Assembly: GCF_032191835.1 (NCBI RefSeq)
Contig: NC_083237.1
Span: 38,316,001 to 38,380,000 of the forward strand
Direction of reading: 5' to 3'
Length of the DNA: 64,000 bases
From: Heteronotia binoei
Taxonomy: Eukaryota
Shown here: one piece after another, positions 37,670 to 48,202 of the stretch
Position numbering within the stretch: position 1 is the first letter of the stretch
How the letters are laid out: every line of letters starts with the position of its first letter
Program-made: the position numbers and the translations under genes
The notes under the pieces: generated by a model
The model's input: the letters and a program-made list of their open reading frames with translations, nothing else
Database searches by the model: none
What the model was told of the DNA's origin: nothing

Positions 37670-38650
37670 CTGTGAGAGTTGGTCAGGGTTAGCGGGTAAA
37701 ACAGGAACCAGCTTGATTTTTGTCACCTTTACCCAGCACCTCAGGAAAGCTAAAATAACTTTGTCAGAAATAATAAAGGCACTAATAATGTTTTAAATCC
37801 AAAACCAAATAGATTTATTATTTACAGAAATGCAATGAAGGGAGGAAATAATATGTGATGGATGCTTATAAAAATCAGTTGGCAGGCAGAAGATCAAGTA
37901 ATAAATAAACTCAAGAACATTTGAGGACACTTCTGAGGTTGGCAGGCTGATATTAGAAAATATAAAAACAACAGTGTTTCCCTCACACTGGAATAAGACT
38001 CTTGACTAGAGAAAGATTTTTAAATGTAGTTGGTTCAGGTTTCTCACATATATCTCCCACACACACTAATCTCACTCACACAGAGGACTGTCTGAATTTG
38101 TGACAGATAGTCCCTTCACAGACCCTTTCCCCTAGCAATCAGGTATTCTCTAGCCTTTAGAGCTATACCCAGGACATTAACACCCTTGAGGGCTCTTCAC
38201 ACCAGCACTTCAGTCACTTATGTTATGTCCCCTCACAGATAGGATCTCTGTCTGACTTATGGGATTTCCACACAGCCACAAGAACCTATTGTTCCTCTCT
38301 CAGTTTGTGTATTGGTATTCTAGTTTAGAACCAGGAGTCTGATTTTTGGTTTGACATAACTCCTCAGCAGAGTCTTAAAGCTTCACTCTGCCTTGCGACA
38401 CAGTATGCCACAGCCTTGAGAGTTTCCCCAGACAGAAGCTAAGGTTAGCCCCTTCTCACAATTAAACTCTCAACCAGACAAGAGTTCTAAATAAACCAGC
38501 TCTGTCTCAGGAACTGAACTGAGCTCCCACGCAGTCTGCTCTCAGCTGCAATATTCTAGCTGAACACTATCTCTGTCTGTTCTGAACTGAACACTGAGGA
38601 GATTTCTGCCTTTGGCTGCCTCCTTCCACTTGATACATTTGTTACCATGA
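37670..38650 (-). mobile_element. Possible solo LTR (unclassified); boundaries uncertain
   Basis: About 1 kb starting TGTGAGAG with short internal repeats (GAACTGAAC variants) and minus-strand AATAAA near 37815; no TSD or second copy found. Confidence 0.3.
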
Positions 38651-38762
38651 AAGTGGTTCAGCAAACAGAGTGAGTTTTTCAACTCTCACTCAGGCACATT
38701 GCTTTGAGTCCATCACAGCTACCTTTGAAATCAATCCAGAAATTACAGCTTGTCCAGAATGT

Positions 38763-39094
38763 AGAAGAAGACTGCAGATTTATACCCAACCCTCCTCTCT
38801 GAATCAGAGACTCAGAGTGGCTTACATTCTCCTTTATCTTCTTCCCCCACAACAGACACCCTGTGAGGTGGGTGGGGTGGAGAGGGATCTCACAGCAACT
38901 GCTATTTTAAGGACAACTCTCGCAAGAGCCATGGTAACCTAGGGCTGTTCCAGTAGCAGCAAGTGGAGGAAGGAAAGGTCCCCTGTGCAAACACCAGTCT
39001 TTTCCAACTCTGAGGTGATGTGGAGTGAGTGATGGAGAGGGGAATAAAACTGAGTTCCAGTCTGCACACTTAACCGCTACACCAAACTGGCTCT
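38763..39094 (-). mobile_element. Squam3-like SINE with a ~55-bp Sauria/BovB tail fragment nested at about 38971-39022
   Basis: Reverse complement of the 15546 copy; the insert is the reverse complement of the Sauria tail at about 36268-36320. Confidence 0.72.
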
Positions 39095-39189
39095 ACACCA
39101 CTAAACCAAAATGTATCAGTGCAGGTATTCATGAGTACCCCAATGACAGCATATATTCAACCTCTGTTCTGTTAACTGCACTGACTCCA

Positions 39190-39481
39190 ACTGAGTACCA
39201 GATCCACTTCAAGATTCTGGTTCTCACCTTTAAAACTCTTAATGGTCTGGGACAAACATACCTATTAGACTGCCTCTCCCTATATGTCCCCCAAAGAGCT
39301 TTACACTCAGGGGATCATAATTTACTGGCAATCCCTGGCCCAGAAGATGTTTGGCTGTCCTCAACTTGAGCCAGGGCCTTCTTAACATTGGCTTCAGGCT
39401 GGTAGAACTCTCTACCTAGCAGTATTGATGTCCTGTGGAATTTGACTCAGTTTTGTGGAGCACGTAAAACAGACATATTCC
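39190..39481 (+). mobile_element. L2-type LINE 3' fragment that was the target of L1 #2; continues at 45514-45535
   Basis: FKILVLTFKTLNGLGQTYL...; similar to the L2 3' end at 63680-63945 across the TSD. Confidence 0.7.
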
Positions 39482-39755
39482 TCTCAAATAAACAATTTTA
39501 TTAGTAACATATGGTAGTAGAACTATAACTACAACTTATAAAAAGCTTAATATATATTAAGAAAAAGACCATCATTCTACCCCACATCTTACTTTCTCCC
39601 ACCCCTCCCCCAATTACTTGACCCCCGCCAGTGTTATTTTCTTTAAAAAAACAGATATTAAAGGTACCCTTAACTATCAAGAAAAAAAACGAAACAAAAA
39701 AGAAACATAGGGAAGAAGAACCCCCTTCAAGAATTGTATTGTTATCTTAAAAATC

Positions 39756-42700
39756 TTAATCCTCAAAAATTGTCCAATGTCCTTTTATTTTCCACTCTTT
39801 CTCTACATATCTTCTGAATTTCTTCCACTCTTGGTTAAAAAGTTCTAAATCACAGTCTCTTAATTTTCTTGTTAATTTGTCCATTTCACTCCATGACATA
39901 ACTTTCATAATCCAGTCCCATTTTTCTGGTATTTTTTCTTGCTTCCACAACTGCGCATACAATGTCCTAGCAGCTGAGAGCAAGTACCATATTAACGTTC
40001 TATCTTCTTTTGGAAATTTTTCCATTTGTAATCCCAGCAGAAAAGTCTCTGCCTCTTTATTGAATTCATATCCCAGGATCTTAGATATCTCTTGTTGAAT
40101 CATTTGCCAAAACATTTTAGCTCTTTCACAAGTCCACCACATATGGTAGAAAGAACCTTCATGCTTTTTACATTTCCAGCACCTATCTGGCATCTTATTG
40201 TTCATCTTTGCTAATTTTTTTGGAGTCATATACCATCTATACATCATCTTAAAACAGTTCTCTTTAATACTATGACATGTTGCGAGTTTCATGGAATTTT
40301 TCCACAGATATTCCCAAGATTCCATCTTTATTTCTTTATTTACATTAATTGCCCATTTTATCATTTGAGATTTCACTACTTCATCTTCTGTAGCCCATTG
40401 TAAAAGTAATTTGTACACTTTTGAAATTAATTTCTCATTATCTCCAAGCAGAACTCTTTCCATTTCTGTTTGTTCTTTCCTTATTCCTTCAGCTTTGATA
40501 TCATTCTCCATCAAACTTTTTATTTGTTGCATTTGAAACCAATCATATTTATAGTTTAGTTCTTCTGCAGTTTTCAATTCTATTTTCCCGCTTTGTATTT
40601 TTAGTAACTGGTTGTATGATAGTTGTTTTTCCTTGACTGTTTTGGCCGTTAACTTTATCACTTCAGCCGGCACTATCCATAAAGGTCTCCTCTCATCACC
40701 ATATTTCTTGTACTTTATCCACACATTTAATAAGCTACTCCTTATATAATGGTGAGAGAAAAGACCGTCCATCTTCTTTTTTCCATAGTACAAATATGCA
40801 TGCCAGCCGAATTTTTTTCCATGGCCTTCTAACATTAGAAGTTTTTTATTTAATAACGTTATCCATTCTTTTAACCATACTAAACAAATTGCTTCATGAT
40901 ACAGTTTCAAATCTGGTAATTGGAATCCACCTCTCTCTTTCGCATCTATCAGGACTTTCATTTTAATTCTAGGTTTCCTCCCGGCCCACACGAATTCCGA
41001 AATTTTTCTTCGCCATTTATCAAATTGCTTAGCATCTTTCACAATGGGGATGGTTTGAAACAGATACATAATCCTTGGTAAAATATTCATTTTTACTGCA
41101 GCTATTCTACCCAACAGTGACAAATTGAGCTTGTTCCACTTTAGCATATCTTCTTCTATTTTACGCCATAGCTTTTCATAATTGTTCTTAAACAAATCAA
41201 TATTTTTCATTGTTATCTCTACCCCTAGGTATTTTACCTTAGAGGTAACTTCACAACCCGTTAGTCTTTGTAGTTCTTGTTGTCTATTTTTCTGCATATT
41301 CTTACATAAGATTTTTGATTTTTCTTTGTTTATATAAAGTCCCGCCAACTCCCCAAACTCTTGTATTCTCATTAACAACAAAGGTGTAACTTGTAAAGGA
41401 TTTTCATTTATAAACATTATATCATCTGCAAATGCTCTGTATTTATAGGTAAATCCTTTTATTTGTAGTCCTTCTAAATCTTTTTCTTCTTGAATCTGCA
41501 TTAGTAAAATTTCAAGAGTCATTATAAACAGCAATGGCGAAAGCGGGCAGCCTTGTCTGGTACCTTTACTAATTTTCATTTCATCTGTAAGATCTGCGTT
41601 GATGCACAGCCTTGCACTTTGTTCAGAATATATTGCCTTTATCATTCTTATAAAACTTTCTCCAAGCTCCATTTTTTCCATCACTGCAAACATAAAGTCC
41701 CAATTTAAATTGTCAAATGCTTTTTCTGCATCCGCAAAGAATAGCGCTACTTCCTTTTCTGGATGTCTTTCATAATATTCTACAATATTTACAACAGTTC
41801 TAATATTGTCTCTTATTTGTCTTTTGGGAAGAAAACCGGCTTGGTCCTCTTTTATAAAATTTATCAAATATTGCTTAAGACGTTCTGCCAGAATTCTTGT
41901 AAATATTTTATAATCATTGTTCAAAAGTGAAATTGGTCTGTAATTTTTCACATTTGTAACATCTCTTTCTTCTTTAGGTATCAAAGAAATAACAGCTTCT
42001 TTCCATGTATTTGGTACCTTCCCTTTGACTCTTATTGCATTCATCAGCTTCTGTAATTTTGGTATTAATTCATCTTTAAACATTTTAAAATACTTAGCTG
42101 TATAACCGTCTGGCCCGGGAGCTTTATCATTTTTCATCACGTTGATTGCTGCCTCAATTTCTATTTTTTCAATTGGGTCATTCAAAATTTTTCTCATATT
42201 CTCAGTTAATGGCTCAATTTTTATTTTCTGTAGATATTCATCTATCTTTTTTCTCTTTACTTCAGCACCTTTAAACAGCTTGGCATAATACTTAAAAAAT
42301 TCTCTTTTTATTCCCTCTTGAGTAACTACGTCTCTTTCATCTATCACAATTCTATTAATTATTTTATTTTCCCTCTTTTTTTTCAGCTGCCACGCCAAGT
42401 ATTTCCCCGTCTTATTTGCTCCTTCAAACGATTTTTGCTGGAGCCTTTTCAAGTTCCATTCTACTTCTTTGTTTAATAAATGTCTTAGTTGAGTTTGCAA
42501 TATTGAAATTTCCCTTAGAATTTTCTTTTTCCCTGGTCTTTTCCTCAGCTCTCCTTCTTTTTTCTTTATTTCATTTTGAATATCCAGTAGTTGTTTTTCT
42601 TTTTCCCTTTTATCTTTATTGTTCAAAGTAATCAGCAACCCTCTCATTACTGCTTTATAAGCATCCCAGACCGTCTGAAAATCGATATCTTCTTTATCAT

Positions 42701-43515
42701 TCACTTGGAAAAATTCTTTAGTTTCTTTTCCTAGGAAAGTCACTGTTTCTTTGTTCTGTAGCAAGTCCTCATTCAATCTCCATCTTCTCAATCTTTTGGA
42801 CAGTTTTGTAATCCACATTATTGGGTTATGGTCAGTGCCAATTTTAGGCAAAATCTCTATCTTTCTTGTTATGAGGCCTAAATCTCTGGTTCCCCATAGC
42901 ATGTCAATTCTAGAAAATGTCTTATGTCTTGCAGAAAAAAAAGTATAGTCCCGCACTTCAGGGTTAAACTTTCTCCATATGTCCTCCAAATTTTCCTGTT
43001 TTACTAATTCAAAAAAAGACTTTGGCAATTTTCCTTCTTTTCCACTATTTTTTTTTCCCTCCGGATCTATCCAATGAGTTCTCAACTGTTCCATTAAAAT
43101 CTCCCATTAAGAGTATTTGATCGTAGGTCAACTCATCTAGTTGTTGTGTAATGTCTTTAAAAAAAACATCTTTTGCACCATTAGGTGCATATAGTCCCAA
43201 TAACAGCGTTTTTTTCCCATTTGATGTTATTTCCACTGCTACAAATCTTCCATCCTTATCTTTAAATACCAATTTTGGCTCCAGGTCTTGTTTAATATAA
43301 AAAACTACTCCCCTTTTTTTCTGGTCAGCTAACGAAAAAAATTCCCTTCCCAATTGTTTGTTCCATAAAAATTTATAATCCTTTTGTTTAATGTGGACTT
43401 CTTGCAAACAAATTATATTACAATTTTGCTTTTTAATCCAATGAAAGGTTGCCCTTCTTTTTTGTGGTGAATTTAGTCCATTAACATTCCAAGACAATAG
43501 TTTGTAATCCATCAT
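39756..43515 (-). pseudogene. L1 #2 ORF2p (EN, RT, CCHC) with one frameshift in a 9-nt A run (43048-43056)
   Basis: SWNVNGLN, LQEVH, MGDFN, SRID, TDHN; PGPDG, YRPISLLNNDYK, GTRQGCPLSP, AFADD; CWKCKKHEGSFYHMWWTC; removing one A fuses the two track ORFs. Confidence 0.93.
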
Positions 43516-44267
43516 GGTGCAAATTCTTTATTTTCTTCAAAAAATCTCCTCAGTTCTCGGGCATTTGTGATCGTGACTCTCTTCCCCTGAAGTTCAAAGC
43601 TCACACCCTCGGGGATTATCCATCTATACCTTGTGCCATTGTCTTTCAATTTTTCTGTCAACTTTTTATATGTTCTCCTGTCATTTATCACTTCTTTCGG
43701 TAGCTCCTTCATAATTCTCACTCTGCTACCTCTTACTATCAATGATTGTTCAAAGTTTCTCTTCATAATCCTTCCCACCATTTCCTTTGTCATGAATCTT
43801 ACAACCACATCTCTTGGTAAGTTATTTTTTTTGGCATATAGCGAGTTGACTCTATACATGTGATCATACATGCTTTTAGTCTTATCAGGGTCTTCTTCTA
43901 AGAATTCTGCGATTATGTTTGTTATATATCCTTTCAAATCATCATTCTCTTCCTCAGGTACTCCTTTCAAACGTAGCTGATTTTCCATTAATTTGCAGTC
44001 GTGAATCGTCACTTTTTCTTGTACTTTCAGCAAGGTGGTATCATGTATTTTAACTTTCTCCTCCACCTCCTGTACTTTCTTGTCTATTTTCCCAATTTGG
44101 TTTTTGAGGTCATCCACTTCTTTTTTAATCACTGTAGTAAGTTCTTCCTTCAACTCTTCCATCATTTTCTTAACTCCTTTCATAATCCTGGCTTCCATAG
44201 CCTCCATTTGGTCTTGCATTTTATCTAATGAAAGGGCTCTTGTTCGGGGCTGCCTGGGCTCTGACAT
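43512..44267 (-). CDS. L1 #2 ORF1p, 251 aa, intact
   Basis: Heptad coiled coil, NQLRLKGVPE, YRVNS, LPRDVVVRF, RYRW. Confidence 0.88.
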   Translation of the reverse strand: MSEPRQPRTRALSLDKMQDQMEAMEARIMKGVKKMMEELKEELTTVIKKEVDDLKNQIGKIDKKVQEVEEKVKIHDTTLLKVQEKVTIHDCKLMENQLRLKGVPEEENDDLKGYITNIIAEFLEEDPDKTKSMYDHMYRVNSLYAKKNNLPRDVVVRFMTKEMVGRIMKRNFEQSLIVRGSRVRIMKELPKEVINDRRTYKKLTEKLKDNGTRYRWIIPEGVSFELQGKRVTITNARELRRFFEENKEFAP

Positions 44268-46299
44268 TTAAGCAAAGAGCAAGGGGGATGCAATTAAAAT
44301 ACCAAAAATTTCCGTCGCACAATTTGCAAGTTTGACTACCAAGTTCAGAAGGTCTAAATTTTCTCTCTCAATTAAACTTTGTTCTGTTTTCTTCTGAGCT
44401 TCCCAGGCCCAGATATAAATTTTTGAAGAATTTTTCCCCTTTAAAAAAATGACGAAATTTTTGACCTCACCAATTTAAAATCTGACAGTCAGGTTCAATA
44501 GAGCAGGGCTTGCCCTTTCCAGCAAGCCCAATTTCGCTGGTTTCTGAGCCCCCAAAGCAAAGATATTTAACAAAAAAGTCTTTAAAAAATCCAAAATGGC
44601 GGCCGCGATTTTTTCTCCTTTTAAAGATTTTTTTCCCCTTTTAAAATCACCCCAGGAGCCCACCAATAATGTAGTCAATAGTTCTTATCTTCTTACCCTT
44701 TTCCCTGTCGTTTCTGTCACTTTTTAAAGTCCCAAATCTTTTTAAAACGATGTTTTAAATTGGACCTCCCAGCAATGGCTGCCGATGTTTCTCTATGATG
44801 TAGAGTAGGCTTTTTTCTTTACTGCTTCCTGTCTCTGTCACCTTCAACCTTATAGATTGCTTGACGCACTTCCTGTCTTGCTCAGTAGAGTTAAAGGACT
44901 GTTCCAGTATATTCCTGCGCAGTATGGTTGTTTACATTCCACAAATCGTAAGTAGACACAACAATGATTTCTCTTCAATTTTTAGCAGTTTTTAACACTG
45001 TCTTTTATGTCAAAATAGTCCAAACTTCACCCTTCCCTTCTTCTACTTGCAAGTTTTATATTTTCCCCTTATTTCCACCTTTAAAACGTCTCTTTAGTCT
45101 GTAAATAGCTCCGGAGTGAAAGAAGAGTTTCTGTACCTTTTTTCCTCTGTTTATCCAAGTTCCACTGGTCTTCCAAGACTTTAGTTGTTTAAAAATGTCC
45201 CAGAAGGTTAGGATCGTGACGAGCTTATGCCAAATCCATGGCTCTGAGAGATCTTGCAGACGATAATTTTGCAAACTTCTGAGACTCCTCAAAGCCTCAA
45301 AGGACCCTTCTCCAAAGCTCCTTTTCAGCCAAGGTAAATCTCTTCTAAAGTTTTTAGTGCAAGTCTTGGACCTTTCTCTCACTGAGAAAGGTAGGCAGTG
45401 GGCTTTGGTTTGCCCTCCACTACCCCGAACAAGACCTTCAGCTTGCTCCCGTTACGAGAGACAACTCAGCTCGCCATTTTCCTCCCCGGAAGTCCGTAAA
45501 ACAGACATATTCCAACAGGACTATGGTTGTGAACAGCAATAGCTTTTGTACAATCACTCAGGTGCATTCATGCACACTTTGCAACTGAATTTTTACTGTG
45601 TAAGAATAGCAAAATCCACTTGTAAACAGTCACTGTGTGAAATCACCCCCTGTCATGGCCTCCTCCATGCCCAGTTCACAATCCACCCATGGAGGAAATG
45701 AAAATTGTCATGCCATCATTTATTGGGGGGATGTTTACTGATTTCGTCTGTTACTAATTTGCTTATATCTGTCAAGCATTGGTATTTTGAATAAACAAGC
45801 AGTTGTCTGATGCAAAGACTGGTTTTATTGACAATCCGTTGTTGGTTCAAGGTAGGATACCTTGAGAGTGATACAAAGTGTCACACAGCATAGTGTTTTA
45901 AGGGCTACTTCAAAGACAATAGAAAAGATAGCTTCAAGTCATAACATACAGATGTTAATTACTACAGATATTCAAAAATACTACCCACTGCTATCATGCG
46001 GTTATAACTTCCCTGGTTCCCAGACATTCCTGCTTCTTTTGATAAGCAGTATGAATGGGAACAATTCAGGGGAGGTGCCTCCTTTCTTTCCATCATCAAA
46101 ATTACTGGCATTCCTACGTTTTCTACCCAGAGGTGAGAAAAGAAAAGTAAAGGCAAGAAAAGCAGGAGGGGGGGGGGTTAGTTTTGAAATGCGACTATGG
46201 GAAAGAAGAGCTTCCAGGATAGATAGATAGAGAGGAATTGGAAACTAATAAATGTATTGCTCTAATACACAGAAATAGCATGCTTGACATACTGCTTCC

Positions 46300-46490
46300 C
46301 CTCAGACTTTTTCCGGGGTTTATTTGGGTTTAACTTGTAAAATTTCTTTATCAAATTTGCTGCTCTCACATTTGAAGCTTCCACCCACTCACTGTGACTT
46401 GGGGGAAAATGTTTCCATCTAATTAGAAAGTACAACACCCCTCTTTTTAATTTGGCATCTAGAATTTCTTGAACTTCATGGTGACTCTGA
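46300..46490 (-). pseudogene. Chromodomain at the C-terminus of the element D integrase
   Basis: Minus-strand translation HHEVQEILDAKLKRGVLYFLIRWKHFPPSHSEWVEASNVRAANLIKKFY. Confidence 0.85.
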
Positions 46491-48202
46491 TTCCCAGTCT
46501 GGATAGGCTGTGGAGCTTGTTGTCGAGGGTGCCAAGACGTAGCTCTAGGATCCTGGCGTAATAGGCTGCAATGAAAAACAGGTGGATTTTACTAAACATT
46601 TTTGGTAGTTCTGGTTCCACAGTAACTTTATTGATGACTCTCTTTATTTTGAATGGACCCAGCAATTTGTAAGCTAGTTTCCTTGAAGGTTGAGACACTG
46701 GTAAGTTCTTAATTGATAGGAAAATGGTCTCCCCTACTTTGAAGTCCAATACTGGAACATGATTTTTCTCATAATGTCTTTTGTAAGTGTCTTTAGCCAT
46801 TTCCAAGTTCTCTTGTATCACTTTCCACACTTTCCCTAAGTTTCCCCACCAATGTTCAAAGGATGATGGTAACTCTGGGGTATCTCCCCCTGATAGCAGG
46901 GGGAAAGGTTTTCCTTCGTAACCATTCACTACTCTGAAGGGGGAGGTTTTTGTAGAACTGTGGACACTGTTGTTATATGCATACTCCACAAAGGGCAACA
47001 AATCTACCCAATTGGATTGTTGGTAGTTTACATAGCACCGTAAATACTGTTCTAAAAGGGCATTCACTCTCTCCGTTTGACCGTCAGTCTGAGGGTGATA
47101 CGCTGAGCTCAGACCTTGTTCCATGCCTGCTAACTTACAAAACTCCCGCCAGAAGTTGGCAATGAACTGCGGTCCTCTGTCACTAATGATCTTATCAGAG
47201 AAAGAGTGTAATTTAACTATGTGTTGGAAAAATAGGTAGGCTAGCTTTTTTGCCTTAGGCAGTTGCAGGCACGGGATGAAATGGGCTTGTTTCGAGAAAG
47301 TATCTACTACCACCAATATCACGGTTTTTCCCTGGGACATTGGGAGCTCTACGATGAAGTCCATGGAGACTACTGACCAAGGTCTCCCAGCGATTTCTAA
47401 GGGTTGTAGTAATCCTGGGGGGTTTCCTCCCCTTTTTTTGCCATTATGCATACTGGGCAGGTGGCTACATAACTCGAGATGTCTTTTTTCATATGCAGCC
47501 ACCAAAATTGCCAGTTTACCAAATGCAAAGTTTTCACATAACCAAAGTGTCCTGAGATTTTACTACTGTGACAAAATTGTAGCACTTCTTTCCGGAGGCT
47601 CTCAGGCACATAGAGTTTCCCCTCTCAGTACCAGAATCCTCCTTCTCCTTTAATAACCCCATCTGGTTTATTATCTCCCTCTTTTTCCATCTCTACGATC
47701 AGTTTTTATCCTCCCCATTTCTCTTCTATATTTCCTTTTTTCACTTTAGATCTAGTAGTTGTCAAGTCGGCTGAATTCAATAACGAGTCTCTTGATAAAG
47801 TAGCAAGTTTATTGTAATCAGAACTGTGGACCATGGCAGAGATTGAAGGACTGAATCACATATGCACTAATCCAGTATTTAAAGTATGAATCTAAAGGAT
47901 TCCTACGGGGGGCAATCTATGCAACACATCTTCACACTAGGATGCTACTTCTTTCGTTCCCAGACCGAAGTCTTGACACCCCATACTCCCCACAGAGAAC
48001 AAGGCTGGGAAGGCGCCACTATCTTGTTCACAGGTTAGCATTTCAAAGCAGGTTACACAACAAAGGCATTTCTAGAGAGGGGGCAGGAGAGTGAGCTAGC
48101 AGCCCCCGGTGTACACTGTAAAGTACCCAGACTCCTTCACTTCAGAACCAACCTTAATACAGATATTGAGTAACCCATAGCAGACTTGACATACTGCCCC
48201 CC

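Larger units (their letters stand above)
39482..45494 (-). mobile_element. Full-length L1-clade LINE (L1 #2), about 6.0 kb
   Basis: 19-bp TSD CGTAAAACAGACATATTCC at 39463-39481 and 45495-45513; 1.2-kb 5' UTR, ORF1, ORF2, AATAAA near the 3' end. Confidence 0.95.
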
